A stretch of 64,000 nt of DNA from Acetobacteraceae bacterium (GCA_003151425.1 PLXO01000061.1:3748-67747); one strand, 5' to 3'; shown: positions 1 through 9,123, numbered from the stretch's first letter. The notes: generated from the sequence alone by a model not told the origin. Numbers and translations: made by a program.

Positions 1-57
1 CGCTTGACAGTCTCTCACGGCATGGGCTTGATCCGGCCGCATTTTTTGGAAGTCTCC

Positions 58-807
58 ATGGCAATCACTAAGGCGAAGCGCAAGACGAGCGGACTGGTCG
101 AAAATATTAAGACGATCGTGTACGCCGGTCTGATTGCGATCGGAATCCGCACCCTCGCCTATGAGCCATTCAACATTCCCTCCGGCAGCATGATCCCGAC
201 GCTGCTGGTGGGCGACTACCTGTTCGTGTCGAAATTCAGCTACGGCTATTCGCGGTTCTCGCTGCCGTTCTCGCCTGACCTGTTCTCCGGCCGCGTCTTC
301 GGGCGGTTGCCGAACCGGGGCGATGTCGCCGTGTTCAAATACCCGCGCGACGACACGACCGACTACATCAAGCGGATCGTCGGGCTGCCGGGGGATCGCA
401 TTCAGGTCAAGCAAGGGCAGCTCTACATCAACGGCGACCTGGTGCCGCGCCAGCCAGCGGGCGACTACGTCACCGACGACAGCGGCATCCACATGGTGCT
501 GCGCCGCTACCTGGAGACGCTGCCTGGTGGCGTGAACCACTACATCCTGAAGGCGACCGACGAGGGCGAGATGAACAACACGTCCGAGTATCTGGTGCCG
601 CCCGGGCACGTGTTCGCGATGGGTGACAACCGCGACAACTCGGCCGACAGCCGGTTCATGAACGGCGTCGGGTTTGTTCCGGTCGAGAATCTGGTTGGCC
701 GGGCGGAAATCCTGTTCTTCTCGGTGGATGCCGAATATCCCTGGTGGGAAGTCTGGGAATGGCCGTTCGAGGTCCGCTGGAGCCGGCTGATGCGACCGAT
801 CCATTGA
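58..807 (+). CDS. lepB: Signal peptidase I
   Basis: ORF 4..807. Catalytic boxes SGSMIPTL, KRIVGLPGD and GDNRDNSADSRF; N-terminal TM helix IVYAGLIAIGI. Start placed at internal ATG 58 (MAITKAKRK); the upstream 18 codons are uncertain. Confidence 0.9.
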   Translation: MAITKAKRKTSGLVENIKTIVYAGLIAIGIRTLAYEPFNIPSGSMIPTLLVGDYLFVSKFSYGYSRFSLPFSPDLFSGRVFGRLPNRGDVAVFKYPRDDTTDYIKRIVGLPGDRIQVKQGQLYINGDLVPRQPAGDYVTDDSGIHMVLRRYLETLPGGVNHYILKATDEGEMNNTSEYLVPPGHVFAMGDNRDNSADSRFMNGVGFVPVENLVGRAEILFFSVDAEYPWWEVWEWPFEVRWSRLMRPIH

Positions 808-844
808 TCGGGCGCCGGCCATTGAGCGCGCCCGGGTCGCGCGC

Positions 845-1714
845 GTGCCGGCATCGCGCGAGCCGCCGGCCCGGACCGGATCGTCGGTCTTGACTGGATC
901 CCCGGCCTCGCATGGGCTGCCGGCCTCGGATGGCCCGCCGGCCTCGGATGACCCGCCGACCTCGGATGGATCGCTGGCCCAGACTGGATCGCCGGCCTTG
1001 ACCGAAACGATCGAGAGCATTCTCGGCCATACCTTTGCCCGCCCCGGCCTGCTGCGCGAGGCAATGACCCATCGCTCCGCGGTGCGTCCCGGCGGGCGTG
1101 GCAGCGGGTCCAACGAGCGGCTGGAATTCATCGGCGACCGCGTCCTGGGCCTGCTGATGGCGGAGTGGCTGATCGACCGGTTTCCGCATGAGCAGGAGGG
1201 CGAGCTCGGCCGGCGGCTGGCGCTGCTGGTGTCCCAGCCGGTGCTGGCCGAGGTGGCGGAGACGATCGGGCTGGGCGAGGTGCTCACGGTCTCGCCGGGC
1301 GAGGCGCGGGCGGGGGTGCGGCGCCGCGCCACCGTGCTGGCCGACGCGCTGGAGGCGGCGCTGGGCGCGCTGTATCTCGACGGCGGGCTGGATCGCGCGC
1401 GGGCGTTCATTCGCCGCGCCTGGGATGGCGTGATGACGGCGCAGGCGGAGCCGCCGAAGGATGCCAAGACGACGTTGCAGGAATGGGTGCAGGCGCGCGG
1501 CCTCGGCCTGCCCGACTACCAGGTGACGGCCCGCTCCGGACCGCCGCATGCGCCGGTGTTCGAGGTGACGGTCGCGGCGGGGGCGTTCACCGGTACCGGC
1601 ACCGCCGGCAGCAAGCGCGCCGCGGAACAGCTCGCCGCCGAGGCGCTGCTGAATGGCGTGGGGTTAGGCGGCGTCGGGCTGAGTGGCGCTGGGTCGAGCG
1701 GCACGACGCCATGA
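845..1714 (+). CDS. rnc: Ribonuclease III
   Basis: Signature ERLEFIGDRVLG and a dsRBD-like C-terminus. The stop overlaps the era start (ATGA). The N-terminus is uncertain: the conserved part begins near codon 52, and an in-frame TTG at 998 would give a typical ~238 aa protein. Confidence 0.85.
   Translation: MPASREPPARTGSSVLTGSPASHGLPASDGPPASDDPPTSDGSLAQTGSPALTETIESILGHTFARPGLLREAMTHRSAVRPGGRGSGSNERLEFIGDRVLGLLMAEWLIDRFPHEQEGELGRRLALLVSQPVLAEVAETIGLGEVLTVSPGEARAGVRRRATVLADALEAALGALYLDGGLDRARAFIRRAWDGVMTAQAEPPKDAKTTLQEWVQARGLGLPDYQVTARSGPPHAPVFEVTVAAGAFTGTGTAGSKRAAEQLAAEALLNGVGLGGVGLSGAGSSGTTP
902..973 (+). repeat. 4 x 18-bp in-frame tandem repeat (PASHGL/PASDGP/PASDDP/PTSDGS)
   Basis: Direct reading gives units 902-919, 920-937, 938-955 and 956-973. 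The block is flanked by a direct repeat ACYGGATCGYCGGYCTTGAC at about 879 and 981. Confidence 0.8.
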
Positions 1715-2604
1715 CCTCGCGGTGTGGGTTTGTGGCGATCGTGGGGGCGCCGAACGCGGGGAAGTCGACGCTGCTCAATCGGCTGACCGGGGCGAGGTTG
1801 TCGATCGTTTCGCCGAAGGCGCAGACCACGCGGTTTCGCATCCTCGGCATCCTGCCGCGCGGCGACAGCCAGATCCTGCTGGTGGACACGCCGGGCATTT
1901 TTCGTCCGCGCCGGCGGCTGGACCGCGCCATGGTCGCGGCGGCCTGGGGCGGGGCAAAGGATGCCGACCTTGTGCTGCTGCTGGTCGATGCGAAGGGTGG
2001 CGCGAACGAGGAGACGCGCGGCATTGCGGAACGGTTGCGCGATACGGGACGACGATGCTGGCTGGTGCTGAACAAGATCGATCTGGTGCCGTTGACGCGG
2101 CTGCTGCCGATGACGGCCACGCTGTCGGCGCTGGCGCCGTTCGAGGCGACCTACATGGTGAGTGCCACGACCGGGGACGGGCTAGAGACGTTGCTGGACG
2201 CGCTCGCCGCGGCGGTGCCGGAGGGGCCGCATCTGTATCCCGATGACAATCTGACGGACCTGCCGGACCGGCTACTCGCGGCGGAGATCGTGCGCGAGCA
2301 GATTTTTCTGCAGACGCATGAGGAAGTTCCATACGGAACGACCGTTGAGACCGAGACCTGGCGCGAGGGCACGGACGGCTCGGTGCGCATCGATGCAACG
2401 ATCTACGTGGCGCGGCCAGGCCACAAGGCGATCCTGATCGGCGCCGGCGGCGCGCGGATCAAGACGATCGGCGCACGCGCGCGCGCGGCGCTGGGCGAGC
2501 TGTTCGAGCGCAAGGTGCACTTGTTTCTGAACGTGAAGGAACGCGCCGGGTGGGATGAGGAGATGGCGCGGCTGCGCGCGATCAGGCTGGAGGATACTGC
2601 GTAG
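1711..2604 (+). CDS. era: GTPase Era
   Basis: G1 GAPNAGKST, G3 DTPG, G4 NKID and a KH-type C-terminus. ATG 1711 overlaps the rnc stop. Confidence 0.92.
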   Translation: MTSRCGFVAIVGAPNAGKSTLLNRLTGARLSIVSPKAQTTRFRILGILPRGDSQILLVDTPGIFRPRRRLDRAMVAAAWGGAKDADLVLLLVDAKGGANEETRGIAERLRDTGRRCWLVLNKIDLVPLTRLLPMTATLSALAPFEATYMVSATTGDGLETLLDALAAAVPEGPHLYPDDNLTDLPDRLLAAEIVREQIFLQTHEEVPYGTTVETETWREGTDGSVRIDATIYVARPGHKAILIGAGGARIKTIGARARAALGELFERKVHLFLNVKERAGWDEEMARLRAIRLEDTA

Positions 2605-2670
2605 ACGTCGCCGGGTCTGGGCCATTCGTTGCTGGTGCTAATCGACTGTGCGAGGCGTTGCGGATGGTTC

Positions 2671-2794
2671 GCAAGCAAGCAAGGTTCACCACGAAGACAC
2701 GAAGAACACCAAGCAAACAGTATGCGCTTCGCGCTGAGTGCTTGTCGATTTCGTTCTTCACGTTCTTCGTGTCTTCGTGGTCAATCCTTCTTGC
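2671..2794. repeat. Imperfect palindromic MITE/REP-like element
   Basis: Perfect 19-bp inverted core CCACGAAGACACGAAGAAC (2689-2707) / GTTCTTCGTGTCTTCGTGG (2762-2780). The terminal GCAAGCAAGCAAGG motif is shared with the element at 17343-17560. Confidence 0.7.
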
Positions 2795-2845
2795 CGAAGC
2801 GCCGGAGCCAACGCGGAAATATTCCAACGGGGAAGGACAACGACG

Positions 2846-4150
2846 GTGACCGAGAAAATTCCAGTTACGCCGCGGGTGCGCAAGATCCAACGCGCCGCGT
2901 TAACCCTGCTGGTCATCGGCGGCGCGATCAACACGATGGACCGGGCTGCCCTGGCGATCGCCAATCCGCTGATACGGCATGATTTCGGCCTGTCGATCGC
3001 GCAGATGGGCGCGCTGCTGTCGGCGTTCCTCTGGGCCTACGCGTTCTCTCAACTGCCGGTGGGCGTGTTGATCGACCGGTTCGGCCCGCGGAAACTGCTC
3101 GCCTGGGGGCTGGTGCTGTGGTCCGGCGCCCAAATGCTGTGTGGTTTCGTTACCGGCATGACGCAGTTCTTCATCGCGCGCCTGCTGCTCGGCATTGGCG
3201 AGGCGCCGCAGTTTCCCTCGGCGGGCCGCGTGGTGCGCGACTGGTTTGCGGTGCGCGATCGCGGACTTGCCACCGGCATCTTCAACGGGTCCTCGACCCT
3301 CGGGACCGGACTTGCCGCGCCGGTGCTCACCGCATTGATGCTGGCGTTCGGCTGGCGTTGGATGTTCATCGTCATGGGCGTGCTCGGGCTGATCGCGGGC
3401 GTGCTGTGGTACTGGCTGTATCGCGAGCCATCGCAGGTCGGCCTGACGGCGGCGGAAAACCGCTACCGCTCGGAAGGCGACCAGGCCGGCGAGATCAAGC
3501 AGATCACCGTCCGCGAGTGGGGCGGGCTGTTCCGTTCCGCTACCACCTGGGGCCTGCTGGTGGGCTACTTCGGCACGATCTACGTGCAATGGGTGTTCTA
3601 TGCGTGGATGCCTGGTTACCTGGAGATCGAGCGCCACATGAGCGTGGCCCGGACCGGAATCGCCGCCGGCATTCCGTACATCTTCGCCGTGGTCGGCTCC
3701 CTGACGGCAGGCTGGCTGGTCGATTTTCTGACGCGGCGGGGCGTGAGCCCGATCAGCAGCCGCAAGCTGCCGCTGTGCACGGTGCTGGTGCTCGAGACGG
3801 GATGCGTCATCGCCGCTGCGCTGGTCCCGAGCAACACGGTGGCGATCGCCTGTCTCTCCGGGGCGATGTTCTTTGGCACCGCGGCGACGACCTATTCCTG
3901 GGCGCTGGTGACGGTGGTCGGCCCGGCGAACTGCACCGGCTCGTTCGGATCGCTGCAGAATTTCGGCGGATATATCGGTGGGTCGCTGGCGCCGGTGGCG
4001 ACCGGTTTGATCGTGCAGGCGACGGGTTCGTTCGTGCCGGCGCTGTTCGCCGGGGCCGGCATGGCGCTGTTCTCGGCCATCGCCTATTTCCTGCTGATCC
4101 GTGGGCCGATCGTGCATCGGGTACGCACCCCACTCGCCGCGGCGGTGTAG
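2846..4150 (+). CDS. MFS transporter (anion:cation symporter/ACS-like)
   Basis: 12-TM-like hydrophobic pattern and an MFS loop motif DRFGPRKLL. Start set at GTG 2846, preceded by GGAAGGA; the ORF-track start 2738 lies inside the palindromic repeat. Confidence 0.8.
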   Translation: MTEKIPVTPRVRKIQRAALTLLVIGGAINTMDRAALAIANPLIRHDFGLSIAQMGALLSAFLWAYAFSQLPVGVLIDRFGPRKLLAWGLVLWSGAQMLCGFVTGMTQFFIARLLLGIGEAPQFPSAGRVVRDWFAVRDRGLATGIFNGSSTLGTGLAAPVLTALMLAFGWRWMFIVMGVLGLIAGVLWYWLYREPSQVGLTAAENRYRSEGDQAGEIKQITVREWGGLFRSATTWGLLVGYFGTIYVQWVFYAWMPGYLEIERHMSVARTGIAAGIPYIFAVVGSLTAGWLVDFLTRRGVSPISSRKLPLCTVLVLETGCVIAAALVPSNTVAIACLSGAMFFGTAATTYSWALVTVVGPANCTGSFGSLQNFGGYIGGSLAPVATGLIVQATGSFVPALFAGAGMALFSAIAYFLLIRGPIVHRVRTPLAAAV

Positions 4151-4293
4151 CGGTCGGGCAGGGGCGCGATCTGCTCCTGCAAGCAGACGATCGTGTGCAA
4201 CCTGCCGCGCCATGCGGGGTTTATTCAATGGTGCGCAGGGATTTCTTTAACTATCCGGCATCAGAGTGTCCGCATTGACCACGGAGCGGTGGA

Positions 4294-4662
4294 GTGCCGG
4301 ATATTCCCGTTGAACCTCTTGGCGGCAGTCGATATCCTGGCGGTATGGAAGCCCGGGTTGCCGTATTAGAGCAGATCGCCCGCACAACCGCCGCGTCGCT
4401 TGAGCGGATCGAGCAGCGGCTCGACACGGGTCTGAGGCATGCAGACGATCGTATGGATCGGATCGAGCGGCGGCTCGACATGACGCTGACGCAAGCAGAC
4501 GAGCGTATGGGTCGGATCGAACGACGCCTGGATATGCTGTGGGGTGATCATCACAGTGATTTTCGTTGGCTGCTTGGCATTATGATCGCTGGAACCGGGA
4601 CAATTCTTGCCTGTCTTCTGGGCCTGCTCGGCGTGATGGCGCACGGGTTCCACTGGTTGTAA
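4294..4662 (+). CDS. Small tail-anchored coiled-coil protein, paralog A (122 aa)
   Basis: GTG start with a GGAG Shine-Dalgarno sequence. RIExRLD heptad-like repeats and a C-terminal TM helix ending GVMAHGFHWL. One of three tandem paralogs. Confidence 0.6.
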   Translation: MPDIPVEPLGGSRYPGGMEARVAVLEQIARTTAASLERIEQRLDTGLRHADDRMDRIERRLDMTLTQADERMGRIERRLDMLWGDHHSDFRWLLGIMIAGTGTILACLLGLLGVMAHGFHWL

Positions 4663-4731
4663 CGACCCGACGCAGGACTTTCTTTACCATCGGACACCAG
4701 ACTGCGCGCCGTTGATCATGGAGCGCAGGTC

Positions 4732-4991
4732 GTGCCGGATATTCCCGTTGAATTTATCGGTGGCGGCCCGTATCCTGGCGACATGGAAGCAGGGTCGCCG
4801 TGTTGGAACATATCGCCCGGACGACCGCCGCGTCGCTGGAGCGGATCGAGCGTCGGTTGGATTTAGTGGCAGCGGCCCAACGCAACGATTTTCGTTGGCT
4901 GCTCGGCATGATGGTCACGGCAACCGGGACAACTCTCGCGGCATTCCTGGGCCTGCTCGGGGTCATGGCGCACGGGTTCCACTGGCTGTAG
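4732..4991 (+). pseudogene. Paralog B of the small tail-anchored protein, 1-nt frameshift
   Basis: The unit is 260 nt, not a multiple of 3. ATGGAAGC-AGGG here versus ATGGAAGCCAGGG in copy C. An in-frame GTG at 4800 could still give a 63-aa product containing the TM helix. Confidence 0.5.
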
Positions 4992-5060
4992 CGGCCGGAC
5001 GCAGAACTTTCTTTACGATCGGACGTCACACTGCCCGCCGTTGACCATCGAGCGCAGGAC

Positions 5061-5321
5061 GTGCCGGATAGTCCCATTGAACCTCTCGGTGACGGCCGGT
5101 ATCCTGGCTACATGGAAGCCAGGGTCGCCGTATTGGAACAGATCGCCCGTACGACCGCCGCGTCACTGGAACGGATCGAGCGGCGTATGGACACGATCGA
5201 TCGCTGTTTCGACAGCCTCGCCGCGGAGCAACGCAGCGATTTCCGCTGGCTGCTGGGCATGACGCTGGGCACCACCGGCACCCTGCTCGGCGTGATGGCG
5301 CACGGGTTCCACTGGTTGTAG
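5061..5321 (+). CDS. Small tail-anchored coiled-coil protein, paralog C (86 aa)
   Basis: Same leader, Shine-Dalgarno sequence, N-terminal MPDxPxEPLG, LEQIARTTAASLERIE and C-terminal TM helix as copy A. Confidence 0.6.
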   Translation: MPDSPIEPLGDGRYPGYMEARVAVLEQIARTTAASLERIERRMDTIDRCFDSLAAEQRSDFRWLLGMTLGTTGTLLGVMAHGFHWL

Positions 5322-5375
5322 TCCCTCCCGGGTGCAAAGCCCCGGGGACCCCATCGCTGATGATTGACCACTGAC

Positions 5376-6224
5376 ATGGACTGGGATGCGCCGGCGATCG
5401 TGCTGGATGCGCGCCCCTATGGCGAGGGCGATGCGATCGGTAGCGTAATGACAGAGGCGCACGGCCTGCACCGCGGGCTCGCGCGCGGCGGTGCCAGCCG
5501 TAGCGGCGCAGCGACCTGGCAGGCCGGCAATCTGGTGCAGGCGCACTGGGTGGCGCGGTTGGCCGAGCAGCTTGGCAGCTTCTCGGCCGAACTGGTGCAT
5601 CCCGCCGCCGCGCTGGCGATGGACGATCCGTTGACGCTGGCGATGCTGAGCGCCGCCTGCGCCGTCGCCGAGGGCGCACTGCCGGAGCGCGAGCCGCAGC
5701 CGCGCGTGTTCCATGGCCTGCTTCGGTTCATCGCCCGACTGTCGCAGGGACCGGCGATGCTGGTGGAGCTGGTGCGATGGGAGACGCTGCTGCTGGCCGA
5801 TCTCGGCTACGGCCTCGACCTGAGCGTCTGTGCCGTCAGCGGGGAGACCGCGGGCCTCGCTTATGTCTCGCCGCGCACCGGCCGGGCGGTCACCGAAGCG
5901 GCCGCCGGGGCTTGGTCGGACCGGCTGCTGCGACTGCCTGGCTTTCTGGTCGGCGCCAACGCCAGCGCGGCGGCGGAGTGGCGCGACGGGCTGGCACTGA
6001 CCGGGCATTTTCTGGCCCGCGACGCGTTCGGCCACCACCACCGACCGATGCCGGCGGCGCGACGGATGCTATACGACCGCGTCGCGGCGTTGGCCGCCGA
6101 GTCGGAGGCCGGCGAATCGGTGACCCGCCAGTCGGACACGGCCGGGTCGGAGACGTCCGGGTCGGACACATCCGGGTCGGACACATCCGGCTCGGACACA
6201 TCCGGGTCGGAGACGTCCACGTGA
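5376..6224 (+). CDS. recO: DNA repair protein RecO
   Basis: N-terminal OB-fold-like MDWDAPAIVLDARPYGEGD...HGLHRGLARGG, typical of RecO. Start taken at ATG 5376. Confidence 0.85.
   Translation: MDWDAPAIVLDARPYGEGDAIGSVMTEAHGLHRGLARGGASRSGAATWQAGNLVQAHWVARLAEQLGSFSAELVHPAAALAMDDPLTLAMLSAACAVAEGALPEREPQPRVFHGLLRFIARLSQGPAMLVELVRWETLLLADLGYGLDLSVCAVSGETAGLAYVSPRTGRAVTEAAAGAWSDRLLRLPGFLVGANASAAAEWRDGLALTGHFLARDAFGHHHRPMPAARRMLYDRVAALAAESEAGESVTRQSDTAGSETSGSDTSGSDTSGSDTSGSETST
6129..6218 (+). repeat. 6 x 15-bp in-frame tandem repeat (xSDTx/GSETS pentapeptides) forming the RecO C-terminal tail
   Basis: Units GGGTCGGACACATCC and variants were read directly. The array ends 6 nt before the stop. Confidence 0.85.
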
Positions 6225-6313
6225 GGGAACCCCACGTTGGAGAACCCACGTCGCAGACCCCTGGAGAGCAAGGATGTCGGGCGACCTGATCGGCCGCATC
6301 GAGGAGATCAAGA

Positions 6314-8527
6314 ATGCCGGATGACCTGATCGGCCGGATCGAGGACACCAACCTGGCGGACGCGCTGTCCGAGCGCTACCTGGCCTATGCGCTGTCCACC
6401 ATCATGTCGCGCTCGCTGCCGGATGTGCGCGATGGGCTGAAGCCGGTGCACCGGCGGCTGATCTACGCCATGCATCAGTTACGTCTCGACCCCACCGCCG
6501 GGTTCAAGAAATGCGCGCGCGTGGTCGGCGACGTCATGGGCAAATACCACCCGCACGGCGATGCCTCGATCTACGATGCCATGGTGCGGATGGCGCAGGA
6601 TTTCGCCGCGCGCTATCCGCTGGTCGAGGGCCAGGGCAACTTCGGCAATATCGACGGCGATAACCCCGCGGCGATGCGCTACACCGAGGCGCGGCTGACC
6701 GCGGTCGCCTCGGCGCTGCTGGCGGGCATCGATGACGACGCGGTGGATTTCCGCCCGACCTACGACGGCGAGGAATCCGAACCCGTTGTCCTGCCCGGCG
6801 CATTTCCCAACCTGCTGGCGAACGGCGCCGCCGGGATCGCGGTCGGCATGGCGACCTCGATCCCGCCGCACAACGCGGGCGAGGTGTGCGCCGCGGCGAT
6901 CCATCTGATCCGTCATCCTAACGCAACGACCGCCGAGCTGCTGCGCCACATGCCCGGGCCGGATTTTCCGACCGGCGGCGTATTGGCCGAGGACGCGGCT
7001 GCGCTGCTGACCGCCTACGAAACGGGCCGCGGCGGGTTCCGTCTGCGGGCGAAATGGTCGGTGGAGAAGGGCAAATTCGGCGCCTGGCAGATCGTGGTCA
7101 GCGAGATCCCCTATCAGGTGCCGAAGGCGCGGCTGGTCGAGCAGATCGCGCAACTTCTGGAAGAGAAGAAGCTGCCGCTGCTGGGCGATGTGCGCGACGA
7201 GAGCGCCGTGGACGTCCGCCTTGTGCTGGAGCCGCGCACCCGCGGCGTCGAGCCCGAGGTGCTGATGGAGACGATGTTCCGCGCGACCGGGCTGGAAACC
7301 CGTTTCCCACTCAACATGAACGTGCTGGACGCCACACGGACGCCGCGCGTGATGTCGCTGGTCGAGGTGCTGCGGGCCTGGCTCGATCACCGGCACGAGG
7401 TGCTGCTGCGCCGCACGCGCCACCGGCTGGCGGCGATCGAGCGGCGGATCGAGGTGCTGGACGGTTATCTGCTGGTCTACCTCAACCTCGACGAGGTGAT
7501 CCGCATCATTCGCGAGGAGGAGGAGCCGAAGCCGCGGCTGATGGCGCGGTTCGAGCTGTCCGAGGTGCAGGCGGAGTCGATCCTGAACATGCGCCTGCGG
7601 TCGTTGCGCAAGCTGGAGGAGATGGAGATCCGCAAGGAGCACCGCGGCCTGACCAAGGAGCGGCGCGACATCCAGACGCTGCTGAAGGATGCAGGGCTGC
7701 GCTGGGGTCGCATCGTCGAGGAGCTGGAGGCGACACGGGGGAAATTCGGCAGTGGTGCGTTGGGGACGCGGCGCACCGAGGTCGGTGCCGCGCCTGTTGC
7801 GGTGGAGGTGGCGAACGAGGGGTTCGTCGAGCGCGAGCCGCTGACGGTGGTGCTGTCGGACAAGGGATGGATCCGCGCGTTCAAGGGCCACCTCGACGAG
7901 GATGCAGAGGTACGCTTCAAGGAAGGCGACAAGCTCAAGCTGCGGCTGCACTGCCAGACCACCGATCGGCTGACGCTGTTCGGCACCAACGGGCGCGCCT
8001 ACACGCTGAAGCCGGCCGACCTGCCACGCGGCCGTGGCGACGGCCAGCCGGTGCGGCTGGTGGCGGAGCTGACCAACGAGGACGACGTGGTGGCGCTGTT
8101 CGTTGCGAACGAGGCGGGGAAATACCTGGTGGCGTCGTCGGTGGGGCGCGGCTTTGTCGTGCCGGGTACGGAATTGTCGGCGGAGAAGCGCACCGGCAAG
8201 CAGGTGCTGAACCTGCGGCCCGGCGAGGAGGCGGCGATGTGCGTGCCGGCCGATGGCGATCACCTCGCGGTGGTCGGCGCCAATCGCCGGCTACTGGTGT
8301 TCCCGCTGGATCAGGTCCCCGAGATGACGCGCGGCGGCGGCGTGATCCTGCAACGCTACAAGGACGGCGGGCTGGCGGATGCGAAGGTGTTTTACCTCGC
8401 CGACGGGCTGACGTGGCGGCTGGGCGAGAAGACCCGCACCGAAACGAACCTTCGCGATTGGCTGGGCGAGCGCGCTCAGGCAGGCCGGCTGCCGCCGAAC
8501 GGTTTTCCGCGCGCGCCGAAGTTCTGA
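6314..8527 (+). CDS. parC: DNA topoisomerase IV subunit A
   Basis: N-terminal [31 protein letters not shown] and active-site region [10 protein letters not shown]. At ~737 aa with no GyrA-box-type tail it fits ParC. Confidence 0.9.
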   Translation: MPDDLIGRIEDTNLADALSERYLAYALSTIMSRSLPDVRDGLKPVHRRLIYAMHQLRLDPTAGFKKCARVVGDVMGKYHPHGDASIYDAMVRMAQDFAARYPLVEGQGNFGNIDGDNPAAMRYTEARLTAVASALLAGIDDDAVDFRPTYDGEESEPVVLPGAFPNLLANGAAGIAVGMATSIPPHNAGEVCAAAIHLIRHPNATTAELLRHMPGPDFPTGGVLAEDAAALLTAYETGRGGFRLRAKWSVEKGKFGAWQIVVSEIPYQVPKARLVEQIAQLLEEKKLPLLGDVRDESAVDVRLVLEPRTRGVEPEVLMETMFRATGLETRFPLNMNVLDATRTPRVMSLVEVLRAWLDHRHEVLLRRTRHRLAAIERRIEVLDGYLLVYLNLDEVIRIIREEEEPKPRLMARFELSEVQAESILNMRLRSLRKLEEMEIRKEHRGLTKERRDIQTLLKDAGLRWGRIVEELEATRGKFGSGALGTRRTEVGAAPVAVEVANEGFVEREPLTVVLSDKGWIRAFKGHLDEDAEVRFKEGDKLKLRLHCQTTDRLTLFGTNGRAYTLKPADLPRGRGDGQPVRLVAELTNEDDVVALFVANEAGKYLVASSVGRGFVVPGTELSAEKRTGKQVLNLRPGEEAAMCVPADGDHLAVVGANRRLLVFPLDQVPEMTRGGGVILQRYKDGGLADAKVFYLADGLTWRLGEKTRTETNLRDWLGERAQAGRLPPNGFPRAPKF

Positions 8528-8542
8528 GATCTATCGCGCGAC

Positions 8543-8839
8543 ATGGTGATGCTTCCATCATTTCGGGCGGTTGGTGCCACAAGCCGCGTAAAGACGACGC
8601 GCTATTTCCGGCAGCAGGTGCTACGCAAGCGGCCCTACCTCATGGCAGAGTGGTGCGACGCCGTCCTGGCCGCGCCTCTACGTCGCTCCGCCCAGCTCGA
8701 CGGGCGCATTCGCTGGTGGGGTCGGGTGTCCGACCCTCGCGACGGTCGGGTGCGCATACGACGCGTCGTCACCCTGGATGACGGCGAGACGATCCATAAT
8801 GCCTTCTTCGACCGAGGATACCAAGAGGACCCGCCATGA
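8543..8839 (+). CDS. DUF4258-like small protein (putative toxin partner of DUF2283)
   Basis: C-terminal pattern R.RRVVTLDDGETIHNAFFDR, as remembered for DUF4258. ATGA overlap with the downstream DUF2283 gene. Confidence 0.5.
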   Translation: MVMLPSFRAVGATSRVKTTRYFRQQVLRKRPYLMAEWCDAVLAAPLRRSAQLDGRIRWWGRVSDPRDGRVRIRRVVTLDDGETIHNAFFDRGYQEDPP

Positions 8840-9051
8840 AGCTGCACTATTATCCTGAGACGGACAGCCTCTACATCGAGTTGAAGCCGCAGCCGGGCGC
8901 CGAGGTGCGTGAGGTGGCGGAGGGGTTGAACGTCGACATCGACGCGGCGGGCGAGGTCGTGGGATTCGACATCGATCATGCCTCCCAACGCTTCGATCTG
9001 TCGACGCTGGAGACCGTTGCCCTGCCGCTGAAGACCACTCGTGCCGCTTGA
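8836..9051 (+). CDS. DUF2283 domain protein (putative antitoxin)
   Basis: MKLHYYPETDSLYIEL...VDIDAAGEVVGFDIDHAS matches the remembered DUF2283 pattern. Confidence 0.65.
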   Translation: MKLHYYPETDSLYIELKPQPGAEVREVAEGLNVDIDAAGEVVGFDIDHASQRFDLSTLETVALPLKTTRAA

Positions 9052-9123
9052 CCGCGCGTTACCCCCGGCTGCGCGATGGGCTAGACTCGCACTGACACCA
9101 CACAGACCGAGGCCGTCGTATCA

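Noticed and set aside
656-1549. Long antisense or overlapping ORFs throughout the track (e.g. 656..1549-, 2900..4228-, 6479..8263-, 22901..24292-, 26835..29903+, 55814..58270-, 7054..8781+).
   Set aside because: They overlap genes with clear family motifs on the other strand or frame. Their translations are Arg/Pro/Ala/Gly-rich with no recognisable motifs. Such shadow ORFs are expected in high-GC DNA.
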